64,000 bases of DNA from the sequence record NC_054915.1. One strand, written 5' to 3'. This document shows, piece after piece, positions 30,939 to 41,460 of the stretch; position 1 is the stretch's first letter; each line of letters begins with the position of its first letter. Origin of the DNA: Escherichia phage vB_EcoM_G8. The translations under genes and the position numbers were made by a program. The notes below the pieces were generated by a model. It ran no database searches and was not told the origin of the DNA. It was given only the letters and a program-made list of their open reading frames with translations.

Positions 30939-31614
30939 ACGCAAAAGATACATAAAAACGAATAGCTTCTAAGGCATTAATAACGTGCAAACAGAGGTAA
31001 AGAGATTTCATTAAAGCACGTTTAGCTTCGGCTTCTTGCTTAATAGCCCGGTTTAAACGAAAGTCGGCATCAGGAGATTCTTTAGCTAGTTCTACAAATT
31101 CTTTAGCATTTTCCCATTCACGGGTTTTAGTTAAAACATCATCATAATAGCGACCGATAGATTCAGCACGTTTCATAATAGCTTCATCTAATACAATCTC
31201 ATCAAATACCTTTGACGGATCAGTATAAAGATTTCGCATGATATGAGTATATGAACGACTGTGAATAGTTTCACTAAAAGTCCATGTAGCAACCCATGTA
31301 TCAAGGCTTGGGTCTGAAAGCAATGGCATAAGTACAGCAGACGGCGCACGACCTTGAATACTATCAAGTAATGATTGATACTTCAGATTATTAGTAAAAA
31401 TATTTTGTTGATACTGAGGAAGCTTATTAAACTGTGCAGCATCCATCATCAAGTTTACTTCTTCCGGACGCCAGAAAAACGAGAGCGAACGTTCAATAAG
31501 TTCTTCAAATACTCGATGCCGTTGAATATCATAACGCGCAATACCAAGACCTGAACCAAAAAACATAGGTTCTTTTAAAACATCGACCTGTTTAGTATTA
31601 AAAACTGTACTCAT
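30939..31614 (-). CDS. nrdB: Ribonucleotide reductase small subunit NrdB, exon 1
   Basis: 225-aa ORF ending ...LEAIRFYVSFA followed by in-frame TAA at intron start. Confidence 0.88.
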
Positions 31615-33206
31615 TATTTTGTCCTGTAAACTAAATTTCCACAGTCCCAGATTCTTCTAAGACCATTTGCATAACAATTTTCTACTTCAGTTATTGTATC
31701 ATCATAATTTTTAAGCTTGTTTTTAAGCTTATGTTTCATATAGCTTGAGCGGTGAAATACCTCTCCTTTATCGACGTACCAATAACATGGCTCAGAGATA
31801 TGACTAAATTCCATGACAGAGTCATAAACATTTGATAATGTACTGCACCATCTTCGATTGCCATAAGATAGACAATTAATTCCTTTTAATAATTTTGAGG
31901 CTCCTCCTACAACGCAAACCCCTAATTTTGAACACATCCTTAAAAGTTCATCACCCGAGCTATATCTAGATTTACCGATAGAAATAATTTGAACTAACTC
32001 ATTATTGTAATAAAGTCCTTTATACGTATGAGCTCCTGAGCAAAATCCTTGAAGATGATTCTTATTAATAAATTCTTTTGCCTCATCCTTATTAACAAAA
32101 CGCGCTTTGCATTTTCGGGCTGGTATTCTTTCTGATAATCCTAATTTATGCTTTATAATGGATTTCCAGATCTCTCTTTTTGTATCATCAATCCATTCAT
32201 TTTCGAAGATGTGAAGTAATTGAATTCCTTGTGCTTCACACATCTCTGTCTTCATCAAATGATAAGTTTCTTTAATTTTATCTGTTTCCTTTGACCCGCT
32301 AGAATGCCAATAAATTCCATCGTATTCTATAGCCAATTTTTTCTCAGGAATGTAAATATCTAATTCATACGGAGGAATAATTTTTCTAGTTTCTACGCAA
32401 TCAAATCCTAGATCTAAAATGAATTGCTCTATAGAACTTTGAGTATAATGAACGTCAATTAGTCCTTTGGATGAAAGAGCTCTATAAGCCGTCATCCGAG
32501 AACAATTTGCTAATTGTTGTAGTTCTTCTATAGAAATTTTGTAATTGATTTTATCTAGTATATCATGATTAATATGACCGTTATTTTTAATAGATTTTCC
32601 TATAGATGAATATAACGATGCCTTATATTCTTCAGTCCAATTTAATTTAGTCTTCTTAGATTTTTCGCGAGATTTTCTAGAATTCAGAATATCAACTGAT
32701 TTACCGTTTTCTATAACTTTTCTCGCTTCTTTCACGCTTTCTAATTGTGAATTATGCGTTACCCCATATCGTTCAATTAAAGTTTTTCTATTTTTATTTC
32801 TTGAAATTTTTTGATGAGTTGTTCCATATTTTTCTAAATAATTTTTGCGTTGAAGTTCAGACAAATATTTTTTATATTTTTCTTTTCCGCCAAAATTTGT
32901 ATCACGGCTTTGAATTCTCTTATCCGCGAAAAATATCCCTGCGCAGGATTTACTACATGTTGCTGGAAATACACGTTTCTTTGCTGTTTTCAGAGAAATG
33001 AAATTTCCACAAACTGCACATTTTAGATCGTTAATGTCAATGCCTTCCATAATTTGGAACACATTGAGCTTAAAATCTATTCCATCAGTTAGAAGAGCTT
33101 TATCTTCTTCTGTTAGTCTAGATTTAAGTTTTTCTTCTCCAAATGGAAGAAACTTTCCGTTTTTGTATATATTATCAAACATAGCGTTATTCTTAGTTAA
33201 CCACAT
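31614..33206 (-). CDS. Putative freestanding homing endonuclease, 530 aa: N-terminal Cys cluster, YG-x-xH repeats, HTH-like segment, Vsr/DUF559-like PD-(D/E)xK nuclease motif
   Basis: Motif YELDIYIPEKKLAIEYDGIYWHSS...GIQLLHIFENEW; no HNH motif; occupies the nrdA-nrdB interval where T4 carries mobE. Confidence 0.6.
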   Translation of the reverse strand: MWLTKNNAMFDNIYKNGKFLPFGEEKLKSRLTEEDKALLTDGIDFKLNVFQIMEGIDINDLKCAVCGNFISLKTAKKRVFPATCSKSCAGIFFADKRIQSRDTNFGGKEKYKKYLSELQRKNYLEKYGTTHQKISRNKNRKTLIERYGVTHNSQLESVKEARKVIENGKSVDILNSRKSREKSKKTKLNWTEEYKASLYSSIGKSIKNNGHINHDILDKINYKISIEELQQLANCSRMTAYRALSSKGLIDVHYTQSSIEQFILDLGFDCVETRKIIPPYELDIYIPEKKLAIEYDGIYWHSSGSKETDKIKETYHLMKTEMCEAQGIQLLHIFENEWIDDTKREIWKSIIKHKLGLSERIPARKCKARFVNKDEAKEFINKNHLQGFCSGAHTYKGLYYNNELVQIISIGKSRYSSGDELLRMCSKLGVCVVGGASKLLKGINCLSYGNRRWCSTLSNVYDSVMEFSHISEPCYWYVDKGEVFHRSSYMKHKLKNKLKNYDDTITEVENCYANGLRRIWDCGNLVYRTK

Positions 33207-33222
33207 CCTTGTGGTAATTATA

Positions 33223-35487
33223 TCATAATTTACAGGATGAACAATCTTCAGCTTTTGGAGTTTCTATTTCATAATCATCAGTACCAGAACCATCGCGGGT
33301 ATTATGATAATAGAAATTTTTTCCGCCAAAATACCAAAAATACAAAAGGTCATCAATCATTATTGACATTGGAACCTTTCCTTTTGGAAAAATCTGTGGG
33401 TCATAATATGTATTTGCTGAAGCTGATTGACATACCCATTTCAGCATAATAGCTACCTGCGTAAGATAAGGTTTATTGCCTTTCTTAGCTAATTTCCACG
33501 TATAATCATATAGGTCTATGTTATGCTCAATATTGGGCACGACTTGATTAAAGGAGCCCTCTTTTGATTCTTTAACAGAGACTGGTCCACGTGGAGGCTC
33601 GATACCGTTTGTACTGTTAGAAACTTGGGAAGATGACTCACATGGCATAAGTGCTGATAATGTGCTATTACGGATGCCAAAGAGCTTAAGGTCTTCCCGC
33701 AGCGACGACCAGTCACAAACGTATTTTGGAGCTGCGATTTGGTCAATCTTTTTATTGTACCAGTCGATAGGTAATTCGCCTCGAGACCAACGAGTGTCTG
33801 AATAATATTCGCAAGGTCCTTTTTCTTTGGCGAGCTTAATGGATGCTTTAATGAGTCCATACTGTAATCTCTCAAATAGTTCATGTGTTAAATCGTTAGC
33901 ATCTTCATAAGAAGCAAAGTTACTTGCCAGCCAAGCCGCATAGTTGGTAACACCTACACCGAGGTTACGACGCTTTTTAGCTTTTTCTGCTTCAGGAACT
34001 GGATATCCTTGATAATCCAAAAGATTATCAAGAGCGCGAACTTGAACTTCTGCCAATTCATTAATTTTATCTTGGTCTTGCCAATCGAAGTTATCCAACA
34101 CAAATGCAGATAACGTGCACAAGCCAATTTCCGCATCAGGACTATTCACATCATTTGTTGGAATAGCAATTTCACAGCACAAGTTACTCTGACGAATGGG
34201 TGCCTTTTCACGAATAAACGGAGTATAGTTATTCGTATTATCAATGAACTGTACATAAATCCTTGCTGTTCCTGAACGTTCAGTCATGAGCAATTCAAAT
34301 AGTTCACGGGCTTTAATACGCTTTTTACGAATATTAGGGTCTTTTTCTGCTGCTTCATATAATTCACGGAAACGGTCTTGGTCTTTAAAATAAGAATAAT
34401 AAAGCTCGCCACCCATTTCATGCGGACTGAACAAAGTAATGTAATCGTTCTTTCCGAATCGTTCCATCATTAGATCATTCAGTTGAACACCATAATCCAT
34501 ATGACGAATGCGGTTTTCTTCTACACCTTTGTTATTTTTCAAAACAAGAAGATTTTCAACTTCCAAATGCCAAATAGGATAATAAGCAGTAGCAGCGCCG
34601 CCACGAATTCCACCTTGTGAGCATGATTTAACAGCAGTCTGAAAATGTTTCCAAAAAGGAATAACACCAGTATGGCGTACTTCACCCATGCCAATCTTAG
34701 AACCTTCGGCACGAATCATACCAACGTTAATACCAATTCCAGCACGTTTGGAGATATATTCAACAATTGAAGCGGAAGCCTTATTGATAGACTTTAATGA
34801 ATCACCTGCCTCAATAACAACACATGAACTAAACTGTCGAGTCGGAGTACGACAACCAGCCATAATAGGAGTTGGTAATGAAATCTGTCGAGTAGATACT
34901 GCTTCATAAAAACGGATAACGTGTTTTAATCTATCAACAGGTTCATCTTGATGCAGTGCCATTCCAATAGTCATAAATGCAAACTGTGGAGTTTCATAAA
35001 TTTGACCAGTGGTTTTATCTTTAACTAAATATTTTTCTTTTAATTGCATCGCCCCGGAATAAGTAAATTCCATATCCCGCTCGTGCTTAATTTTTGATTC
35101 TAAAAATGTAATTTCTTCTGCTGAATATTTTGACAATAATTCAGGGTCATATTTACCTGCATTTACACAATAAGAAATATGGTCAATAAATGAACGTGGT
35201 TCATACTGCCCATAAACATGCTTACGAAGAGCGAACATTAAACAACGTGCAGCTACATATTGGTAATCAGGCTCTTCAACCGAAATAGAATTCGCAGCGG
35301 CCTTAATGACAATAGTCTGAATATCATCAGTTGTCATTCCATCACGGAGATAAGATTTAATATTTTCATATAATTCATAAGGATCTACTGATGTTCCTTC
35401 AGCTGCCCAAGATAAAACTTTAATAATTTTTTGTGGGTCAAAGCTCTGAGAAACACCACTACTTTTGATAACATTAATTAATTGCAT
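33223..35487 (-). CDS. nrdA: Ribonucleotide reductase large subunit NrdA
   Basis: 754-aa ORF (same length as T4 NrdA) with N-terminal ATP-cone and C-terminal CSSCKL tail. Confidence 0.95.
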   Translation of the reverse strand: MQLINVIKSSGVSQSFDPQKIIKVLSWAAEGTSVDPYELYENIKSYLRDGMTTDDIQTIVIKAAANSISVEEPDYQYVAARCLMFALRKHVYGQYEPRSFIDHISYCVNAGKYDPELLSKYSAEEITFLESKIKHERDMEFTYSGAMQLKEKYLVKDKTTGQIYETPQFAFMTIGMALHQDEPVDRLKHVIRFYEAVSTRQISLPTPIMAGCRTPTRQFSSCVVIEAGDSLKSINKASASIVEYISKRAGIGINVGMIRAEGSKIGMGEVRHTGVIPFWKHFQTAVKSCSQGGIRGGAATAYYPIWHLEVENLLVLKNNKGVEENRIRHMDYGVQLNDLMMERFGKNDYITLFSPHEMGGELYYSYFKDQDRFRELYEAAEKDPNIRKKRIKARELFELLMTERSGTARIYVQFIDNTNNYTPFIREKAPIRQSNLCCEIAIPTNDVNSPDAEIGLCTLSAFVLDNFDWQDQDKINELAEVQVRALDNLLDYQGYPVPEAEKAKKRRNLGVGVTNYAAWLASNFASYEDANDLTHELFERLQYGLIKASIKLAKEKGPCEYYSDTRWSRGELPIDWYNKKIDQIAAPKYVCDWSSLREDLKLFGIRNSTLSALMPCESSSQVSNSTNGIEPPRGPVSVKESKEGSFNQVVPNIEHNIDLYDYTWKLAKKGNKPYLTQVAIMLKWVCQSASANTYYDPQIFPKGKVPMSIMIDDLLYFWYFGGKNFYYHNTRDGSGTDDYEIETPKAEDCSSCKL

Positions 35488-35804
35488 AAGTCCTCAACTT
35501 GAAAATCGTCTTTAAACAATCGGTTAACTATATGAGCTATTATATCACCATGACACGGCTTTGGTTTACATGTGCATCCTAGCCTCATTCCACGTAAAGG
35601 CTCTAAATGTGCTTTAGTTATTTCTCCAGATTTAATTCGACGTATAAAATCTTTTTTGAATAATTCAATGGCAGCCTCCCGGCTGCCAGCATCTTTACCG
35701 ACGTAATTTCCCCAAAATGTACCGCGATGAATATTAACATCAAAGTCGGATTTGTATTTATTCACTACCCGGCATAGACGGCCCACGCTGGAATAATTCG
35801 TCAT
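35478..35804 (-). CDS. Conserved hypothetical protein (nrdA.1 position)
   Basis: 108-aa ORF. Confidence 0.55.
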   Translation of the reverse strand: MTNYSSVGRLCRVVNKYKSDFDVNIHRGTFWGNYVGKDAGSREAAIELFKKDFIRRIKSGEITKAHLEPLRGMRLGCTCKPKPCHGDIIAHIVNRLFKDDFQVEDLCN

Positions 35805-36021
35805 ATTGTTTTTCCGTTAAAACAGTAATATCATAGTAACAATCAGAAGAAGTTTTAACTGTAGAAATTTTATTATCAAAATACTCACGAGTCATTTTAT
35901 GAGTATAATATTTTTTGCCATAAATGATAATAGGCTGTTCTGGTCCTGGAACTTCTAACTCGCTTGGATTAGGAAGTGTAAAAAGAACAACACCAGAAGT
36001 ATCTTTAAATCGTAAAATCAT
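35758..36021 (-). CDS. Conserved hypothetical protein (nrdA.2 position)
   Basis: 87-aa ORF. Confidence 0.5.
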   Translation of the reverse strand: MILRFKDTSGVVLFTLPNPSELEVPGPEQPIIIYGKKYYTHKMTREYFDNKISTVKTSSDCYYDITVLTEKQYDELFQRGPSMPGSE

Positions 36022-36329
36022 ATTGCCATTTTCCCTTTAATTGCTGGATGCGATTCATAATTTTCAAGGATAAAATCTTTCGGTTTCATGTATTCAGTTA
36101 ACCAGTAAAGCTGTGTTTCGGTGTCACAATTTCCAAACTCTATAGGCCAATCAATTTTAAGTTCACACAGTTCTTTAGGCTCACGACGTAAAATTTCTTT
36201 ACATTGCTCAGTATGATTCATATAGATATGAGTATTACCACCGGAAAATATCAAATCTCCCGGAATAAGATTACACATCTTAGCCACAATATGCGTCAAG
36301 GCAGCGTACGAGGCAATGTTGAATGGTAG
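36018..36329 (-). CDS. td: Thymidylate synthase, exon 2
   Basis: Translation [39 protein letters not shown]... continues the TS fold; exon begins right after intron-terminal ...CATAATG. Confidence 0.9.
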   Translation of the reverse strand, partial: LPFNIASYAALTHIVAKMCNLIPGDLIFSGGNTHIYMNHTEQCKEILRREPKELCELKIDWPIEFGNCDTETQLYWLTEYMKPKDFILENYESHPAIKGKMAI

Positions 36330-37345
36330 CATTATGTTCAGATAAGGTCGTTAATCTTACCCCGGAATTATATCCAGCTGCATGTCACCATGCAGATCAG
36401 ACTATATCTCCAACTTGTTAAAGCAAGTTGTCTATCGTTTCGAGTCACTTGACCCTACTCCCCAAAGGGATAGTCGTTAGGCATTTATGTGGAACCAATT
36501 CCATTTATCAGATTTTACACGATAAGTAACTAATCCAGACGAAATTTTAAAATGTCTAGCTGCATCTGCTGCACAATCAAAAATAACCCCATCACATGAA
36601 ATCTTTTTAATATTACTAGGCTTTTTACCTTTCATCTTTTCTGATATTTTAGATTTAGTTATGTCTGAATGCTTATGATTAAAGAATGAATTATTTTCAC
36701 CTGAACGATTTCTGCATTTACTACAAGTATAAGCAGAAGTTTGTATGCGAACACCGCACTTACAAAACTTATGGGTTTCTGGATTCCAACGCCCGTTTTT
36801 ACTTCCGGGTTTACTGTAAAGAGCTTTCCGACCATCAGGTCCAAGTTTAAGCATCTTAGCTTTAACAGTTTCAGAACGTTTCTTAATAATTTCTTCTTTT
36901 AATGGATGCGTAGAACATGTATCACCAAACGTTGCATCAGCAATATTGTATCCATTAATTTTAGAATTAAGCTCTTTAATCCAAAAATTTTCTCGTTCAA
37001 TAATCAAATCTTTCTCATATGGAATTTCTTCCAAAATAGAACATTCAAACACATTACCATGTTTGTTAAAAGACCTCTGAAGTTTTATAGAAGAATGGCA
37101 TCCTTTTTCTAAATCTTTAAAATGCCTCTTCCATCTCTTTTCAAAATCTTTAGCACTTCCTACATATACTTTATTGTTTAAAGTATTTTTAATCTGATAA
37201 ATTCCGCTTTTCATAAATACCTCTTTAAATATAGAAGTATTTATTAAAGGGCAGTCCTACAATTTAGCACGGGATTGTCTACTAGAGAGGTTCCCCGTTT
37301 AGATAGATTACAAGTATAAGTCACCTTATACTCAGGCCTCAATTA
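36330..37345 (-). other. td group I intron (1016 nt)
   Basis: Minus strand after exon 1 reads TAATTGAGGCCTGAGTATAAGGTGA..., the 5' end of the T4 td intron as I remember it; length matches. Confidence 0.9.
36477..37214 (-). CDS. Intron-encoded GIY-YIG homing endonuclease I-TevI (245 aa)
   Basis: N-terminus MKSGIYQIKNTLNNKVYVGSAKDFEKRWKRH (GIY...YVG motif); 245 aa; inside td intron. Confidence 0.93.
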   Translation of the reverse strand: MKSGIYQIKNTLNNKVYVGSAKDFEKRWKRHFKDLEKGCHSSIKLQRSFNKHGNVFECSILEEIPYEKDLIIERENFWIKELNSKINGYNIADATFGDTCSTHPLKEEIIKKRSETVKAKMLKLGPDGRKALYSKPGSKNGRWNPETHKFCKCGVRIQTSAYTCSKCRNRSGENNSFFNHKHSDITKSKISEKMKGKKPSNIKKISCDGVIFDCAADAARHFKISSGLVTYRVKSDKWNWFHINA

Positions 37346-37894
37346 ACCCAAGAAAACATCTACTGATCGTTGATACCACTGCAAATCCAAATAACCATTA
37401 CGCACATTAAACTGATAGAACATATGACAGGGCGGTAATGCCATTTGATTGATTTCAGCTGGATTCCATGCTGAAACGATTTGACGTCGATCAGTTGGTA
37501 ATTTTTTAATACGATCAATAGTTTCAACTAATTGATCCACACCACCGAAATCACGCCATTGTTTACCGTATATAGGACCAAGTTCACCACTATGATATCC
37601 TAGGTCTTTAGCCTGGTTTTCATAGTTATCGTCCCAAATAGTTTTACCTTGAATAAGACTACCATGAGTGCGAAGACGTAAATCATTAACATTGGTAGAA
37701 CCGGAAATAAACCATAAAAGCTCAGCAACGCATGCATTCCAGGCGAGCTTCTTAGTTGTTACTGCAGGAAAACCTTTGGTTAAATCCCAACGCAATTTAG
37801 TACCGAACAGAGCAATTGTTCCTGTGCCCGTTCGGTCATCGGTTTCATAGCCATTTTCAAAAATGTCTTTAATTAAATCTTGGTATTGTTTCAT
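37346..37894 (-). CDS. td: Thymidylate synthase, exon 1
   Basis: 183 codons MKQYQDLIKDIFENGYE...WYQRSVDVFLG then intron. Confidence 0.92.
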
Positions 37895-37939
37895 TTAGTA
37901 CCTTATATAAATTATAATACATTTTATGAAGCTAAATAA

Positions 37940-38299
37940 TCAATACGGTTTAGCATCAAATTTTCTCTCAATTTCAGGCGTGAAATATAATTCTTTACCG
38001 CGTTTGGAAAAGCGACCAATAATATGATAATTATTCTCATCAAACGTGATATTACCAATATCCATAGCTTTCAACCAAATATCGATATTTCTATCCAGCT
38101 TTATGTCAAAATTCCAATACGGAGAACTATTACCGAAAATACTGCAAGCGGATTCAGTGAAACAACTGCTATAAATCTTGTCTTTAGGAACTACTAATTG
38201 ATAGACACCTTTAATAAACTGAGGACCCTGCCACTTTGGCTGTTTCGCGTCTTTTTCTAATAAAATAGGGTAATAATTAAAATTCATATTTTCCGCCAC
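37940..38299 (-). CDS. Hypothetical protein (119 aa) inserted between frd and td
   Basis: ORF with no recognisable motif; in T4 frd and td overlap directly. Confidence 0.5.
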   Translation of the reverse strand: MAENMNFNYYPILLEKDAKQPKWQGPQFIKGVYQLVVPKDKIYSSCFTESACSIFGNSSPYWNFDIKLDRNIDIWLKAMDIGNITFDENNYHIIGRFSKRGKELYFTPEIERKFDAKPY

Positions 38300-38307
38300 G
38301 CGTTATT

Positions 38308-39128
<821 letters not shown>

Positions 39129-39137
39129 TATATTTCC

Positions 39138-39437
39138 TCAAACAGACTTTTTCACAATTTTCCAATCAGCTTTAAACTGTTCAACGTCAGAATGGTAAAT
39201 CCAGAATCCTGCGCTTTCTCCATCCTCATAAAGAGGGCATCCATCACATTCATCTTCCCATCCCATATCACGCAAAAGACGTTCAGCTTTTTCAACAAGT
39301 TCAGAATCTTTACCAATAATATTAAAATACCATTTACCTCTAACTTCTGAATCTTTGATACTCTGGCGTTGTAATCTCATTTTATTCTCCTTAGTTGATA
39401 AGGCTATAGTATCACTACCATAGCCTGTTGTAAACAA
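39138..39437 (-). CDS. Conserved hypothetical protein (frd.2 position)
   Basis: 99-aa ORF. Confidence 0.55.
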   Translation of the reverse strand: MFTTGYGSDTIALSTKENKMRLQRQSIKDSEVRGKWYFNIIGKDSELVEKAERLLRDMGWEDECDGCPLYEDGESAGFWIYHSDVEQFKADWKIVKKSV

Positions 39438-39740
39438 TTATTTTTGAATTTTATCGAGCCACTTACCAAGCTTAATCATTTCTTTAGTAGCCTTTTCCAT
39501 ACTTCTGAACTTAACCAATAGAGGATAGGTATCGACACCCATAACTAAACTGGTTACAAGACTGTGTTCACCCACAAGCCATAACGAATACGTTTGAATA
39601 TCGAGCCCGTAATTTCTGTCTTTATGGACCCGTACACCCATCACTTCAAATTTCTCACTAGCTTTTTCTACCGCATCCAGGAAATCATCTTTAGTCATAT
39701 TAGGCCTTAAAAGTTTTTCGCAAAAGTTCAATGATTTCAT
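39438..39740 (-). CDS. Conserved hypothetical protein
   Basis: 100-aa ORF. Confidence 0.5.
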   Translation of the reverse strand: MKSLNFCEKLLRPNMTKDDFLDAVEKASEKFEVMGVRVHKDRNYGLDIQTYSLWLVGEHSLVTSLVMGVDTYPLLVKFRSMEKATKEMIKLGKWLDKIQK

Positions 39741-40080
39741 CTACATTATTTTCGTCAACAATGCAGTGAATTTTTGTTACGCCATAAACCTTGTCTTTGA
39801 CTTCATCTTCTTCAGAAGTCGGTTCTTTATACTCACGAAAACAATGAAATTCGTCTTCGCAAATTTCTAAAAGTCTATCTTTGAGGTAAAAATGCTTTCC
39901 ATTTGCACATTCAATGTGTTTTACTGCTTTATATCCATTAGCGACGGAAACTTCTTTAACTTCAAACCATCCTCCATTCTCTCGAATGGCTTTAACTATT
40001 GATGAATTAGAACGTGGGCTATAATTAATAAATGTATCAATAAGTCTTGGAACAAGTTCATACTTTTTACCGGTATACAT
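39700..40080 (-). CDS. Conserved hypothetical protein
   Basis: 126-aa ORF overlapping the downstream ORF by about 40 nt. Confidence 0.5.
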   Translation of the reverse strand: MYTGKKYELVPRLIDTFINYSPRSNSSIVKAIRENGGWFEVKEVSVANGYKAVKHIECANGKHFYLKDRLLEICEDEFHCFREYKEPTSEEDEVKDKVYGVTKIHCIVDENNVDEIIELLRKTFKA

Positions 40081-40124
40081 TACGGTTTCCTCATTTTAAT
40101 AGGGGCTTGATAGCCCCTTGATAA

Positions 40125-40352
40125 TTATTGTTCAATCAATCCCATGTAAAATTCTGCGTCTTCAGAATCCATGCCATCACAATATTCATTAGCCATAAAG
40201 CGGGTGAGGTCTTCAAGAGGACCTTCAATAACAATTTGAATACTCCAAAACTTAGAATCTTGCACGCTTGTGATACTAAGTTCAGGATAACGATTACGAA
40301 TAATCTCTTCAATATATTCAAAATCAACGATGTCAATATCAACTTTAGCCAT
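40125..40352 (-). CDS. Small acidic hypothetical protein (75 aa from MAKVDIDIV; frd.3 position)
   Basis: Internal ATG with RBS AAAGAGGAAAATAAT; track ORF start would lie upstream of the promoter elements. Confidence 0.5.
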   Translation of the reverse strand: MAKVDIDIVDFEYIEEIIRNRYPELSITSVQDSKFWSIQIVIEGPLEDLTRFMANEYCDGMDSEDAEFYMGLIEQ

Positions 40353-40384
40353 ATTATTTTCCTCTTTAATTATTAGCAGTATTG

Positions 40385-40440
40385 CCGATAGTTGTATAGT
40401 ACCATGGAAGGACAAGAATGTAAACCGTTTTGTGAAAAAA
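40385..40440 (-). promoter_or_regulatory. T4 early-type promoter cassette (GTTTAC ... TGGTACTATAC), one of four similar copies
   Basis: Minus strand GTTTACATTCTTGTCCTTCCATGGTACTATACAACTATCGGCAAT; related copies near 58262, 61395, 61905. Confidence 0.5.
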
Positions 40441-40449
40441 TTTTTGAAA

Positions 40450-40482
40450 TAAAAAAGGGGACCTCTAGGGTCCCCAATTAAT
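40450..40482 (-). terminator. Gene 32 terminator hairpin GGGGACCCTAGAGGTCCCC followed by TTTTTTATTT
   Basis: Perfect stem and U-run immediately downstream of the gene 32 stop. Confidence 0.7.
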
Positions 40483-40497
40483 TAGTAATATAATCTA

Positions 40498-41403
40498 TTA
40501 AAGGTCATTCAAAAGGTCATCTAGGTCCGTGTCATCAGCACTAGATGAACTGCCAGAGCTTGAGCTCATAAAATCATCTTCAGTTTTTGTATTGAAGTCA
40601 TCAACATTGAATGCATCCAAATCATCAGCAACTTTATCAGCTTTCTTAGCAGCAGTCGCTGCGGCACCACCCATAGCAGCAGTTCCCATAACTTGACTGA
40701 ACTTAGTGCTCAGTTCTTCAAACGATTTGAATTTATCTTTAGAAGTCATTTCAGAAAGGTCAACCATTTGTTCGAACAGTTCTTTCTGGAAAGATTCATC
40801 ATCAATGTTTGGAATCGCAGATTGATTCAGGAATTTAGATTCGTCGTAGTTACTAAAACCAGAAACTTGTTTAACTTTCAGTACAAAGTTAGCACCTTCC
40901 CACGGACAAGTTACATCAACTGGAGTTTCACCCATTTCAACATCAACCGCAATCATTGCATTGATTTTATCCCAGATTTTCTTACCGAAGCGGTATTTAA
41001 ATACTTTACCTTCGTTTTCTGGAGCAGCTGGGTCTTTTACTACAAGAATATTAGCCCAGTAAGAAGTTTTACGTTTAACAAGACTGTACTCTTTATTGTC
41101 AGTGTTGTACAGATCATTTTTACTGATGTACTGACATACTGGGCAAGAATCGTAATCACCATGGGTAGATGAACATGTTTCAATATACCATTTACCATTT
41201 TTCTTGAAACCGTGATTTACAAGAATTGCGAATGGTGCTTGTTCATCATTTTTAGACGGAAGAAAACGAATTACTGCTTGACCGTTACCCGCATTATCGA
41301 GTTTCAGTTTCCACTCGCCTTTATCTTCAGAAGAAAAACCTTTATTGCCATTCAGTTTAGCCATTTGTGCAGCAAGTTCAGCAGTAGATTTACGTTTAAA
41401 CAT
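40498..41403 (-). CDS. 32: Single-stranded DNA-binding protein gp32
   Basis: 301-aa ORF (same as T4 gp32); Zn site context [15 protein letters not shown] and acidic C-terminal tail. Confidence 0.95.
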
Positions 41404-41460
41404 TTTATTTCCTTTTTAATTTAATTTAATTAACAGTTGGTGCTATGACACTTTACCTCA
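41404..41460 (-). promoter_or_regulatory. Gene 32 autoregulatory translational operator (AU-rich leader preceded by pseudoknot-forming region)
   Basis: Minus strand TGAGGTAAAGTGTCATAGCACCAACTGTTAATTAAATTAAATTAAAAAGGAAATAAAATG; matches the known T4 gene 32 leader architecture. Confidence 0.65.

Noticed and set aside
33237-34909. Plus-strand short ORFs inside nrdA (33237-33449, 34688-34909) and minus-strand internal ORFs (33516-33884, 33954-34136)
   Set aside because: Embedded in the highly conserved 754-aa nrdA reading frame; treated as spurious.
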